Shown here in pieces: positions 38,280-50,156 of a stretch of 64,000 nt of DNA (its first letter is position 1; each line of letters opens with the position of its first letter). This DNA is from Acidimicrobiales bacterium. Its GTDB lineage: Bacteria; Actinomycetota; Acidimicrobiia; Acidimicrobiales; Bog-793. The DNA lies in assembly GCA_049514105.1 (NCBI GenBank), contig JBEKVJ010000003.1, forward strand, positions 17,304-81,303, read 5' to 3'. Position numbers and translations under genes: made by a program. The notes under the pieces are model-generated. The model saw nothing but the letters and a program-made list of their open reading frames with translations. It searched no databases and was not told the DNA's origin.

Positions 38280-38786
38280 GTGTCAGAACAAGTCGATGAG
38301 CACGATGAGCCGAGCCGCGCGAGTGTTCGCTTTGCGCTCGATGGCCTCGGCGCTCTTCGATTCGAGGTCGCCCTAGCTGAGGGTGACCGTGGGCGAGCTG
38401 AACCAGGAGCATTCTTCAACCTCGTACTGCGAGTCGGCGCGCCCGGCGACAGCCTCGCCCGCTTTGCCCGCTTGATCGTGCCGCGACGGCTGGCTCGCCG
38501 TATGACTCTGCAAAGGGCTCTGGTTCGTCTCGGTCTCGAGCTTGACAAACATGCCAGCCGGGCCCGCTCGGACATGGCACAGCGCCTTGAGGCAGCGCGA
38601 CACCGCTTCGAGATCTCGATGGCCGCCGACATGGACCGTGCGGCGGTGTCCGTCGCACAAGCCGCCCGCAGGACCGCAGAGCTGCGTCAGGGGGCCGAGA
38701 TCGAAACGAACCGCAAACTCGCCGGGGACGAATTAGCACCCGAGACGATCGAGAACGTGGGGCAGCCGTTGGCGCGACGTCCTTAG
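38280..38786 (+). pseudogene. Hypothetical helical ORF, possibly a C-terminal remnant of a dynamin-like protein
   Basis: ELDKHA.RAR.D..QRL..A..RF resembles, from recall, C-termini of actinobacterial dynamin-family proteins; no P-loop present. Confidence 0.35.
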
Positions 38787-38814
38787 GCCCATGAGCAAAG
38801 GCGGTCGGGCACGG

Positions 38815-39252
38815 TCAATCCGAACCGACCACCATCACCGGGCAGCCACCGTGGCGGACCTGGTGCTCGCTGACCCCACCGATGCGCGGGTGCAGCGCCC
38901 GGTCGAGGCCGTGCCTACCGACGACGACGAGGTCGAACCCGTGCTGGCGCACGTACGCGTCGAACGCCGAGGTCGTCTGATCGGCTTCGACGATCTCTTG
39001 TCGTACGCGCACAGCGGGCGGCACACCGTCACGGTCCGCCTCAGCTGTCATCTCGGCTATGACTTCGCGCCGGCGTTCAGCCGCCTCCTCAGCGGCTTCG
39101 TCCGCTGCCTCGCCGCGTGACCGCAGCTTCAGCACCGCTAAGACGACCACCTCGGCCCGGACCGCGTCGGCGAGCTGAGCAGCTGTTCGGAAGGCTTGGC
39201 GGCAGTCGCGCGACCCGTCCCAACCCACGAGAATCCTTCGGAAGCTCGACAA
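38815..39252 (-). CDS. Universal stress protein
   Basis: RRILVGWDGS, FDLVVVGRHG, GGVSE..VRH..CPVMVV. Confidence 0.9.
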   Translation of the reverse strand: MSSFRRILVGWDGSRDCRQAFRTAAQLADAVRAEVVVLAVLKLRSRGEAADEAAEEAAERRREVIAEMTAEADRDGVPPAVRVRQEIVEADQTTSAFDAYVRQHGFDLVVVGRHGLDRALHPRIGGVSEHQVRHGGCPVMVVGSD

Positions 39253-39345
39253 TGGCCCTCCTCGAAACGCGAGCGTGCAGGCGCTCCCCTACAAGTATCC
39301 ACCGTTCAGCGTGTGTCGACCCGTGGTCGCCTACCGTGTCCGAAC

Positions 39346-39942
39346 ATGACAGTGGTGCAGATCTTCCTGATTCGCCACGGAGAGACCGCCCTTAACGCGG
39401 CCGGTGTGCTCCGGGGACAACTGGACGTCCCCCTCGACGATGACGGGCAGGCGGAGGCCCTCGCGCTCGGCGAGAGGTTCAGCGACGTGTGCCTGAGCGC
39501 GGTCATCTCCAGCCCGCTCAAGCGTGCGCTCGACACGGCACGGCCTGTCGCGAAGGCATCAGGGGCACCTATGTGGACAGATGAGCGCTTGAGCGACCGC
39601 TTCTACGGGGAGCTGGCTGGCCAGTCGATCGCACAGGCCGCGGAGCGGTTTGGCTCGATCGATGCCGCTCCTCTCGTCGAGGCGTGGCAACTCCTCGAGC
39701 AAAGGGCACAGGCGTCCTTTCTCGAGGCTGCGTCGCGGGCCGCGGGCGCGCCTGGTGCCGTCGCCCTCGTCACCCACGACGCCGTCTTGCGGGCTCTATT
39801 GACGCTCCTCGTCCCAGAGCTCAGCTCGGTCCGCCTCGACCTGGCGACAGGATCGTGGTCCGAACTTCAGGCGGACTCGCCGGCCGGGCCGTGGAAGGCG
39901 CCACGTATCGGCCAGCTCCCGGCCAGTGGGCTGCGGCCGTAG
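39346..39942 (+). CDS. Histidine phosphatase (phosphoglycerate mutase family)
   Basis: LIRHGET..N, SSPL.RA..TA, VTH; start ATG 39346. Confidence 0.9.
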   Translation: MTVVQIFLIRHGETALNAAGVLRGQLDVPLDDDGQAEALALGERFSDVCLSAVISSPLKRALDTARPVAKASGAPMWTDERLSDRFYGELAGQSIAQAAERFGSIDAAPLVEAWQLLEQRAQASFLEAASRAAGAPGAVALVTHDAVLRALLTLLVPELSSVRLDLATGSWSELQADSPAGPWKAPRIGQLPASGLRP

Positions 39943-39951
39943 GCTACGGCC

Positions 39952-41136
39952 GTGCTGCGCTACCTGACCGCTGGTGAGTCACACGGGCGCGCCCTTGTAA
40001 CGATCGTCGAAGGGCTCCCGGCTGGCCTACCGATCGTCGCCGAGGAGATCCGCGGGGAGCTGGCACGACGCAGGCTCGGCTACGGGCGCGGGCCCCGCCA
40101 GCGCTTCGAGACCGACGAGATAACCCTGCTCGGTGGCGTCCGCCACGGGCGCACGTTGGGCTCGCCGGTCGCGATCGAGATCGCGAATGCCGAATGGCCG
40201 AAATGGGAGACGGAGATGTCGCCCGAGCCGGGCCATCCCGCCCACAGGCTCACAAAACCACGGCCCGGGCACGCCGATCTCGCCGGCATGCAGAAGTATG
40301 GCTTCGACGACGCCCGCGACGTGTTGGAGCGCGCCTCGGCCCGCGAGACGGCGGCGAGAGTGGCGGCGGGCGCGCTCGCCAAGGCCCTCCTTGCCCAGAT
40401 CGGTGTCGCGATCGTGAGCCACGTCGTCCAGATCGGCGAGGCCGAGGCCACCGCAGGTCTGCGGCCGTTGCCCGGTGAGCTCGCCAGGGTCGACGAATCG
40501 CCGGTGCGCTGCTTTGACCCCACGGCCGAGGCTGCGATGATCGCCGAGATCAAAGCGGCTGCGAAAGAGGGCGACTCGCTCGGAGGCACTGTCGAAGTTG
40601 CCGCCTACGGGGTGCCGGTCGGCCTCGGCAGCCACGTGCACTGGGACCGCAAGCTCGATGCCCTCGTCGCGGCTGGCCTGATGAGCATCCAGGCCGTAAA
40701 GGCGGTATGGATCGGCGAGGGCCCCGGCATCTCCCGGCGTCGGGGCTCGAGCGGGCACGACTCGATCCGCTTCGACGACGCGGAGCGCGCCTACAAGCGC
40801 GAGACCGCGCTCGCCGGGGGCATCGAGGGCGGGATCTCGACAGGTGGTCTGCTGGTAGTGGGGGCAGCCATGAAGCCGCTCGCGACACTGAACCGCCCGG
40901 TGCTCAAGACCGTCGACGTCATGACCAAAGAAGAGACCGTCTCGTTCAAAGAGCGCACCGACGTGACCGCCGTGCCGGCTATGGGCGTCGTCGCCGAGAC
41001 GATGCTGGCTCTCGTGCTCGCCTCCGAGGCGCTGCGCAAGTTCGGAGGGGACTCCGTCGCCGAGCTTGGGCGCAACCATGCCGCCTACGTGGCCGAGGTC
41101 CGCGACGAGAGCTGGCCGAGCGCGGTAACTGATTGA
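39952..41136 (+). CDS. aroC: Chorismate synthase
   Basis: [38 protein letters not shown]. Confidence 0.97.
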   Translation: MLRYLTAGESHGRALVTIVEGLPAGLPIVAEEIRGELARRRLGYGRGPRQRFETDEITLLGGVRHGRTLGSPVAIEIANAEWPKWETEMSPEPGHPAHRLTKPRPGHADLAGMQKYGFDDARDVLERASARETAARVAAGALAKALLAQIGVAIVSHVVQIGEAEATAGLRPLPGELARVDESPVRCFDPTAEAAMIAEIKAAAKEGDSLGGTVEVAAYGVPVGLGSHVHWDRKLDALVAAGLMSIQAVKAVWIGEGPGISRRRGSSGHDSIRFDDAERAYKRETALAGGIEGGISTGGLLVVGAAMKPLATLNRPVLKTVDVMTKEETVSFKERTDVTAVPAMGVVAETMLALVLASEALRKFGGDSVAELGRNHAAYVAEVRDESWPSAVTD

Positions 41137-41891
41137 CGCCCGAGCACGGGATCGTTCTCGGCATCGCCGGGCTTCTGGGCGGGGCGGTCAACAGCGTCGC
41201 CGGCGGCGGCTCGCTCATCTCCTTCCCGGCGCTGTTGGCGGTCGGCTACCCGTCGATCACGGCGAATGTCACCAACACCGTCGCGCTGTGGCCGGGATAC
41301 CTGGGGGCAACCGCCGCCTATAGGCCCGAGCTCGAGGGCCAGCGCTCCCGGCTCTTAGCCCTCGGCGCAACGAGCATCGCCGGCGGCCTCGCGGGCTCTG
41401 TAATGCTGCTCACCACACCCGCGAGCGTCTTCAAGGCCGTTGTCCCTTTTCTGATCCTGCTCGCCTGCGGTCTGTTCGGGGCACAGCCGCTCGTCTCCAA
41501 GGTGATGGAGAAGCACGACACGGTATCCAAGCAGCACCGTTCGGGCGGACTTCACGTCGCGGTCTTCTGCGCGGCCGTCTACGGCGCCTATTTCGGGGCC
41601 GGGCTCGGGATCATCTTGCTGGCGGTGCTCGGGCTCGTGATCTCCGACAGCCTGCAGAGGCTGAACGGCCTGAAGCAGGTCATGTCTGTCCTGATCAACT
41701 CCGTGGCCGTCGTCACCTACGGCGTGTTCGGCCACGTCGCTTGGAGTGCGGTCGCGATCATGGCGGTGGCCGCCCTGGTTGGTGGGCGCCTCGGCGGGAG
41801 CTACGCCCGCAAGCTGAGCCCGGTCGTGCTCCGCGTCCTGGTGCTCGGCTTCGGAATAAGCGTCGGCTGCATCCTGCTAGCGCGCCAATGA
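41133..41891 (+). CDS. Sulfite exporter TauE/SafE (TSUP) family membrane protein
   Basis: [27 protein letters not shown]. Confidence 0.9.
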   Translation: MTPEHGIVLGIAGLLGGAVNSVAGGGSLISFPALLAVGYPSITANVTNTVALWPGYLGATAAYRPELEGQRSRLLALGATSIAGGLAGSVMLLTTPASVFKAVVPFLILLACGLFGAQPLVSKVMEKHDTVSKQHRSGGLHVAVFCAAVYGAYFGAGLGIILLAVLGLVISDSLQRLNGLKQVMSVLINSVAVVTYGVFGHVAWSAVAIMAVAALVGGRLGGSYARKLSPVVLRVLVLGFGISVGCILLARQ

Positions 41892-41940
41892 GACCGTGTT
41901 CACACCTGCCGGCTCGGACAGCCTTGGTAGGCTCGAGAAC

Positions 41941-42525
41941 GTGTTCACAGGTCTGATCGAAGAAATGGGCACCTACCTCGGCCATGACGGCGACCGCTAC
42001 CGGTTGAAGGCCGATACCGTGCTTAAGGACGCCCAGATTGGTGATTCGATCGCGGTTAACGGGTGCTGCGTGACGGTCATCTCGCTCTCGCCTGCCGAGC
42101 AGATCTGGGAGACCGAGCTCACCGCAGAGACCCTGGACCGCACGACCTTCGGCCTGCTCGAGCCCGGCGACGGCGTGAACCTCGAGCGACCCGTGCGGGC
42201 GGCTGACCGCCTCGGCGGTCACATCTTGCAGGGACACGTCGACGCGATCGGAGAAGTGTTGGCCGGGGCGCCTGATCTCAAGGTCCGCATTCCTGCCGAT
42301 CTCATGCGTTATTGCGTCGAGAAGGGCTCGATTGCGATCGACGGCGTCAGCTTGACGCTGTTCGGTCTCACGAGCGACAGCTTCTCGGTCGCCATAATCC
42401 CGCACACCTCAGAGGTCACAACGATCGGCCGACGCGTGCCGGGCGACAAGGTCAACATCGAGGTGGACGTCGCCGCGAAGCTGATCGAGAAGCTGATCAG
42501 CCCCTATCTCACCAAGCTCTCGTGA
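41941..42525 (+). CDS. ribE: Riboflavin synthase (alpha chain)
   Basis: MFTG start at GTG 41941, GDSIAVNG.C.TV, VNLER, GGH..QGHVD, KGSI.IDGVSLT. Confidence 0.95.
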   Translation: MFTGLIEEMGTYLGHDGDRYRLKADTVLKDAQIGDSIAVNGCCVTVISLSPAEQIWETELTAETLDRTTFGLLEPGDGVNLERPVRAADRLGGHILQGHVDAIGEVLAGAPDLKVRIPADLMRYCVEKGSIAIDGVSLTLFGLTSDSFSVAIIPHTSEVTTIGRRVPGDKVNIEVDVAAKLIEKLISPYLTKLS

Positions 42526-42539
42526 GCTAGATCACGTGT

Positions 42540-44797
<2,258 letters not shown>

Positions 44798-44989
44798 GCC
44801 GCCAACCTACCTCGGTGACGCGAGTCCGAGCGACCACGTACCGCCACGAAAAGGGCGGGCATCCTGCGCTGAACCGCTGCCCCGGGTCGTTCACATCGCC
44901 CGACCGAACGGAGCGAAAACAACTCCGCGCGAGAGCGCCAGGCTAGGGCGGATGCACGTTGCCCTGCGGTTTCGGTAGCGTGTCGCTCC

Positions 44990-45868
44990 GTGCCAACCGA
45001 CAAGAGGGCGCGGCAACGAGCCGCACGCGAACAAAAGCAAGCCATCATCCAAAAGGGCCGCAAGAGGAGACGCAACCTGCGACGTGGTATCGGGCTTGTG
45101 ATCGTGGCCGCCCTCATCGTGCTCATCGTCTTCCTCGTCAACGGCTCCGGGTCGAAAACGGCCACGACGACGACCACGTCGAGCACCTCGACGACAACGA
45201 TCACGACCACGACCACGACCGTGCCTGTCGCGGCAGCAACATGTCCACCCACCACCGGGTCGGCAAAGCGCGTAATCCTGTTCAAGTCCGCCCCGCCCGA
45301 CTGCATCCCGGCCACCTCGGTCTGGGAGGTGACCTTCAAGACAACTGCCGGCGACATCGTCGAGAGGATGTCGGCCGCGGCTTCCTACGCTGCTGTCAAC
45401 AACTTCATCTTCTTGAGCCGATACCAGTATTTCAACGACACGTTGTTCTTCCGGGTCCTGAAGGACTTCGTCGTCCAGGGAGGCTCGCCGACCAACACCG
45501 ACTCGGCGGGCGGAACGGGAAAGCCGGGGCCGCTCGAGTTCGGGTATCCCGGATACTCCTTCACCGGCAACACACCGCCGTCCAGCTGCAAAACGACGCC
45601 CGACCAGGCGGCTTGTTACCACCCGGGTGAGATCGCGATGGCGAACTCCACTGGACCGAGCACCGACAGGAGCGAGTTCTTCCTCATACTTCCGGGCGGC
45701 CAGACGACCCTCAATTCTGAGCCCAACTACACGATCTTCGGCTATCTCGTATCGGGCATGGGCGCCCTCGAGAAGATCGGAGCCGGTGGGACGGCCATCT
45801 CCGGGACGGGTACCCCCGTGATCAAGTACTACCTCGAAAGCGTCACCGCCACCCAGGTCTCAGGCTGA
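44990..45868 (+). CDS. Membrane-anchored cyclophilin-type peptidyl-prolyl isomerase
   Basis: Basic N-terminus, TM helix, Thr-rich linker, FFRV..DFVVQGG, AMAN, S.FF. Confidence 0.85.
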   Translation: MPTDKRARQRAAREQKQAIIQKGRKRRRNLRRGIGLVIVAALIVLIVFLVNGSGSKTATTTTTSSTSTTTITTTTTTVPVAAATCPPTTGSAKRVILFKSAPPDCIPATSVWEVTFKTTAGDIVERMSAAASYAAVNNFIFLSRYQYFNDTLFFRVLKDFVVQGGSPTNTDSAGGTGKPGPLEFGYPGYSFTGNTPPSSCKTTPDQAACYHPGEIAMANSTGPSTDRSEFFLILPGGQTTLNSEPNYTIFGYLVSGMGALEKIGAGGTAISGTGTPVIKYYLESVTATQVSG

Positions 45869-45899
45869 GCCGGCCCACCGAGAGAAACGGAGTCCCCCA

Positions 45900-46454
45900 A
45901 TGACCAGCGAGTGCCCCCCTGCAGACGGCTCGGCGCCGAAGACACAGCACTTTGACGGCCCACCGCCGATGTGCATCGACCTCTCCAAGCGATACGGCGC
46001 CGAGATGGTCACCTCCAAAGGCACGATGGTTTTCTCCCTCGACGCAGTGAGCGCTCCGAGGACGGTCAACAACTTTGTGTTCCTGGCGCGCTTTCACTAC
46101 TTCGACGGGATCGTCTTCCACCGCATCATCCCGGGCTTCGTCCTCCAAGGCGGGGACCCGGAGGGGACAGGCAGAGGAGGGCCCGGGTACCGCTTCGAGG
46201 ACGAATTGCCTCATGCCGGTCGCTACGAGCTCGGCTCGCTCGCCATGGCGAACGCAGGCCCCGACACCAACGGGAGCCAGTTCTTCGTCATCTCGGGATC
46301 TGACGGGATGCGCTTGCCGCCGCTCTACTCCCTGTTCGGCCAGCTCGCCTCTGGGCGCGAGGTTGTCGCCGCAATTGACGCGCTCGGGACCAAGTCGGGC
46401 TCGCCGAAAGAGAAGGTCCTGATCGAGTCAGTGACGATCACCGAGCTGGACTAG
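45900..46454 (+). CDS. Cyclophilin-type peptidyl-prolyl isomerase
   Basis: FHRIIPGFV.QGGDP.GTG.GGPGY.F.DE, AMANAGPDTNGSQFF. Confidence 0.95.
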   Translation: MTSECPPADGSAPKTQHFDGPPPMCIDLSKRYGAEMVTSKGTMVFSLDAVSAPRTVNNFVFLARFHYFDGIVFHRIIPGFVLQGGDPEGTGRGGPGYRFEDELPHAGRYELGSLAMANAGPDTNGSQFFVISGSDGMRLPPLYSLFGQLASGREVVAAIDALGTKSGSPKEKVLIESVTITELD

Positions 46455-46497
46455 GCCGGCACCGAGGTGACATAGGCGGCAGGCCTTACATCGGTGG

Positions 46498-47190
46498 CTA
46501 CCTGGGAAGAGCCTCCAGGCCGACTTCTACCCCGTTTAGGTAGACCGAGACGTCCTTGTCGCCCGCGGACCGCCACGAGCCGTCGCGGTCGCGGATGAGC
46601 GCCGTCCGCTCAGGGATACCCGCGATAGGAAGACCGGCCGGGGCGAGCTCGAGAGTGCGCCAAAAGTGGTGCGAGGCGCCCGAGTCGTGGTGCGGCACAA
46701 CAGCGAGCTGCTCGACGAGGCCGAGCCCGACGGTGAAAGCCCCCCCGCGCGGGTCGACCATGGGGTCGACGAGCACCATCGCCCCGGCGGACGATCCCGC
46801 CACTACCGCGCCGTGACGCCAAGCCCTCGCAAGAGCCTCGAACACCAAAGAGCCCTTCAACACCGAGAGAAGGTGGAGCGGCGAGCCTCCTGAGAGGTAG
46901 ATGAAGCGTGCCTCGGCGACCACGGCCGCGTTGGCAGCGTCGTTGGCCTGTACATGGCGAAGAACCATCAGCGCGCGGACGGTGGTTCCCAACGATGAGA
47001 ACCACTCCGAAGCGGTCTTTACCGCACGGTCGGGGTTCTCGTAGGCGGCAGCCGTTGGGAGGACCAGCACCTCGTCGGCACCCGAGCGCTCGAGCAGCTC
47101 GGCGTCGAAATCGGCGCCTGCCTGCCACTCCGCCCCCCCGACGAGAGCCAGCAGACCAGCGGCGTGCCCCATGGGCTCAGGATCGCTCAT
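46498..47190 (-). CDS. Peptidase S51 / cyanophycinase-like protein
   Basis: LVGG.E, LPTA, SGG.P, G.SAGAM, PH. Confidence 0.8.
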   Translation of the reverse strand: MSDPEPMGHAAGLLALVGGAEWQAGADFDAELLERSGADEVLVLPTAAAYENPDRAVKTASEWFSSLGTTVRALMVLRHVQANDAANAAVVAEARFIYLSGGSPLHLLSVLKGSLVFEALARAWRHGAVVAGSSAGAMVLVDPMVDPRGGAFTVGLGLVEQLAVVPHHDSGASHHFWRTLELAPAGLPIAGIPERTALIRDRDGSWRSAGDKDVSVYLNGVEVGLEALPR

Positions 47191-47202
47191 TGGCCGGGAA
47201 AC

Positions 47203-47730
47203 CTACACCTTGTCGGGCGGGATGTACCTGGCTGATTCGATGGAGCCCGGCCCGGCCTCGAGGATCAGGATCGACCCCTTGCGCACCTCGGCCGGCCCAG
47301 CGAACTGAGTCCCTGACGCCGCGAGCACTTCGACTGCTCCCAAGATGACGTCCCCGTGCGAGCACAGCACCGGCACGCCCCCGGCGGCAGCAAGGTTCTT
47401 GAGCTCGTGGACAAGCTCGGCCGGCTCCGATCCTTCCGACAAGAACTCGGCGATCACGATCGGCAGCTCGCAGGCCGCCGCCAGCGGCCGCAGCGTCGCC
47501 AGGCAGCGCTCGGCTCCACTCGACATGAGCAGGGTGGGCCGGGGCTCACGCGCCTTGGTGCTGTGCTTTTTCGAGGACACGCTCGCGGCATCGCTCTCGA
47601 AGCGGCGCGCGATCGCCTCGGCCTCCTTTTCTCCGCGCTCGGTGAGAGGCCGGTGCCGGTCCGAGCCACCCCAACCGTCGCGCGGATGGGCATGGGCGTG
47701 ACGAACCACGTAGATCGAGACCGTCGCCAT
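47203..47730 (-). CDS. SixA-like histidine phosphatase
   Basis: VRHAHA, D..RPLT.RG, SS...RC..T..P, CSHG. Confidence 0.82.
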   Translation of the reverse strand: MATVSIYVVRHAHAHPRDGWGGSDRHRPLTERGEKEAEAIARRFESDAASVSSKKHSTKAREPRPTLLMSSGAERCLATLRPLAAACELPIVIAEFLSEGSEPAELVHELKNLAAAGGVPVLCSHGDVILGAVEVLAASGTQFAGPAEVRKGSILILEAGPGSIESARYIPPDKV

Positions 47731-47795
47731 TGCCTAGAGCCCGGCTCGGGTCGCTCGGTACCGGGACACCCCGGAGACCTTCGTCAAAGAACCCA

Positions 47796-48617
47796 TCAGT
47801 GGACCGCGCTCATGCCGACCGCCGCCCCGACGCCGAAGGTGACAGCCCCCGCCGCGGCACATATGGCGAGCTGGCGGAAGGCGGACCACCACCACGAGCG
47901 GCCGGTGAAAAGGGAAAGGGCTGACCCCACGATCACGGCCGCAATGGCTGCGATCACGATCGAGACCAGCACCGCCGAGGATCCGTGCCCGAGCAGGAAG
48001 GGGAGCAGCGGGAGCAACGCGCCCACGCTGAAGGTCACGAAGGACGCGGCCGAGGCCGACAACGGTCGGCCGAGCGAGTCTGGATGAATGCCGAGCTCCT
48101 CGCGGGCATGGGTCTCGAGGGCGGTCTTCGGGTCAGCCATCATCTGGCGTGCGACCTGAGTGGCGAGGTCTGTCGATATGCCACGGCTCTCGTAGATCTT
48201 GACGAGCTCCTGCAGCTCGCCCTCCGGACGGCGATGGATCTCGAGACGCTCACGTTCCAGCTCGCGCTGGAACAGCTCGGTCTGGGCCCTCATCGAGATG
48301 TACTCGCCAGCTGCCATCGAGAACGCCCCGCCCAAAAGTCCGGCGAGGCCGGCGAGGCGCACCACCCCGGCGGGCGGGTTCGCCCCGGAGAGGCCGAGGA
48401 TCAAAGAGATATTGGTCACGAGCCCGTCGCTGATACCGAACACGGCCGCTCGAGCACTACCTCCTTGCACATCTCGGTGGTGGTGATCGTGCGCCTCGGT
48501 CCTCTCGGTCTTCTTGGACCGGCCCTGACGCAGCGCTGCCAAGCGCGAGGCTCCGGCTCGGCGCGCGTTCGGGGAATGGCGCGAGCCAACAGCACGGCGG
48601 TCATCGGTCGGGGCCAC
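47796..48617 (-). CDS. VIT1/CCC1 family Fe/Mn transporter
   Basis: RAAVFG.SDGLV, GA.SMAAGEY.S, H.REELG; start uncertain. Confidence 0.92.
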   Translation of the reverse strand: MAPTDDRRAVGSRHSPNARRAGASRLAALRQGRSKKTERTEAHDHHHRDVQGGSARAAVFGISDGLVTNISLILGLSGANPPAGVVRLAGLAGLLGGAFSMAAGEYISMRAQTELFQRELERERLEIHRRPEGELQELVKIYESRGISTDLATQVARQMMADPKTALETHAREELGIHPDSLGRPLSASAASFVTFSVGALLPLLPFLLGHGSSAVLVSIVIAAIAAVIVGSALSLFTGRSWWWSAFRQLAICAAAGAVTFGVGAAVGMSAVH

Positions 48618-48920
48618 GGCACCAGTTTGGAACGTGAAGGCGAAACGTACAACAGCCGCCAGCGCTCAGCGCCGACGGCTGGCTCAAAGAACCGCCAGAG
48701 CGAGGACGAGACCTCCAGAGCCACGCGAATGTGGCTATAAGCAGCGGGATTGGCTGACCAGGCGCGTTCGTGGGCCCTCCGGGAGCGCCTAGAGTAGGCG
48801 CAAGCTTATGGATCGACCGCTATCTGGACCTTGCAGGAGCGGTCTTATGGCCAGTCGTGCCTGTCCGGTGACGCCGCGACCCCAGCCGCGGCGCATAACC
48901 CAAAACTGAGCCAACCCGAC

Positions 48921-50096
48921 ATGGACACCCTCGACATCTTCCTCATCGTCGTTATCCTCGCTGCCGCGATCCGCGGGCTGCGCAGGGGAGCGGCCGTACA
49001 GGTCCTCTCCTATGGCGGTGCGCTCGCCGGCATTGCGGTAGGGGTGGTGCTCGTGCTGGTCATTTGCCCTCACCTTCGTGGCGAGCACACCAAGACGATC
49101 GTCGCCCTGTTGCTGTTGCTCGTGCCAGCAGCTGTGCTTGCCGCCGGCGGTCGCCAGCTCGGCTCGGGACTGTGGCGGCGGCTGCGCCGAGCCCGTTTCG
49201 GTGCCGTCGACGCCGCGGCGGGGGCGCTCGTAGCGACCGGCGGCGCCCTCGTGGTGATCTGGCTCCTCGCCTCCATCCTGGTCAACAGCCAGTTCAGCCT
49301 CGTCGCGACACAGATCGACAACTCGAAGATCATCCGGGCTGTGACCAACGTCATGCCGCCGATACCGACCGCGCTAGCTCCGGCGGAGCGATTCTTGAGC
49401 GACGAGGGCCTCCAAGTCGTCGCCGACGGGCTTGTCCAGCTCGCCGGGCCTGTCGCCTACCCGACCAGCTCGCAGGTGCGCGCCGGGGCCGAGGCGGCGT
49501 CACCTTCGACCTTCAAGGTCGTCGCGCTCGGCTGCGGCGAGATCCAGGAGGGCTCGGGCTTTTTGGTGAGCCCTGGACTCGTGGTTACGAATGCGCATGT
49601 AGTCGCCGGGACCGGGTCGGTAAAGGTCGAGGACGCGACCGGCTACCACAGCGCGTCGGTGGAGCTGTTCGATCCTGAGTTCGACCTCGCCGTCTTGCGC
49701 GTGAGGGGGCTGACAGAACGACCGCTCAAGATCGACCCGGGCACGGTCGGACGTGGCACGAAGGCAGTCGTGATCGGCTATCCCGAAGGCGGCCCGCTCG
49801 CGGTGGATCCCGCCGGCGTGCGTACCGAGATCATCGCCACCGGGCTCGACATCTACGGCCAGAACCAGACGGTACGGGCGGTCTACGAGATCCAGGCCCT
49901 CGTCAGGCCCGGCAATTCAGGTGGCCCGCTCGTCGAGCCGGACGGCTTGGTCATCGGGGTCGTGTTCTCGCGCTCGCCGAGCACGGCAGACATCGGCTAT
50001 GCCCTCGCATCGCCCGGTGTCCTACAGCGGGTCAAGCGGGCTGAGGCGCTCGCCCCGACGACGGTCGTCGGCACAGGCGGATGCATCTCGAGGTGA
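48921..50096 (+). CDS. MarP-like membrane serine protease (CvpA-like TM domain + trypsin domain)
   Basis: Four N-terminal TM helices, VTNAHVVAG, DLAVL, PGNSGGP; start ATG 48921. Confidence 0.88.
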   Translation: MDTLDIFLIVVILAAAIRGLRRGAAVQVLSYGGALAGIAVGVVLVLVICPHLRGEHTKTIVALLLLLVPAAVLAAGGRQLGSGLWRRLRRARFGAVDAAAGALVATGGALVVIWLLASILVNSQFSLVATQIDNSKIIRAVTNVMPPIPTALAPAERFLSDEGLQVVADGLVQLAGPVAYPTSSQVRAGAEAASPSTFKVVALGCGEIQEGSGFLVSPGLVVTNAHVVAGTGSVKVEDATGYHSASVELFDPEFDLAVLRVRGLTERPLKIDPGTVGRGTKAVVIGYPEGGPLAVDPAGVRTEIIATGLDIYGQNQTVRAVYEIQALVRPGNSGGPLVEPDGLVIGVVFSRSPSTADIGYALASPGVLQRVKRAEALAPTTVVGTGGCISR

Positions 50097-50156
50097 GCCG
50101 GTAGCCCGCAGGGCCCGAGCCGCACGGAGGCTTCTCGCCTCGGCCATTATGGAGCG

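Noticed and set aside
41892..41940. FMN riboswitch upstream of riboflavin synthase
   Set aside because: The gap is only about 50 bp and has no consensus
44798..44989. Lysine riboswitch upstream of ask
   Set aside because: No recognisable consensus in the short divergent intergenic region
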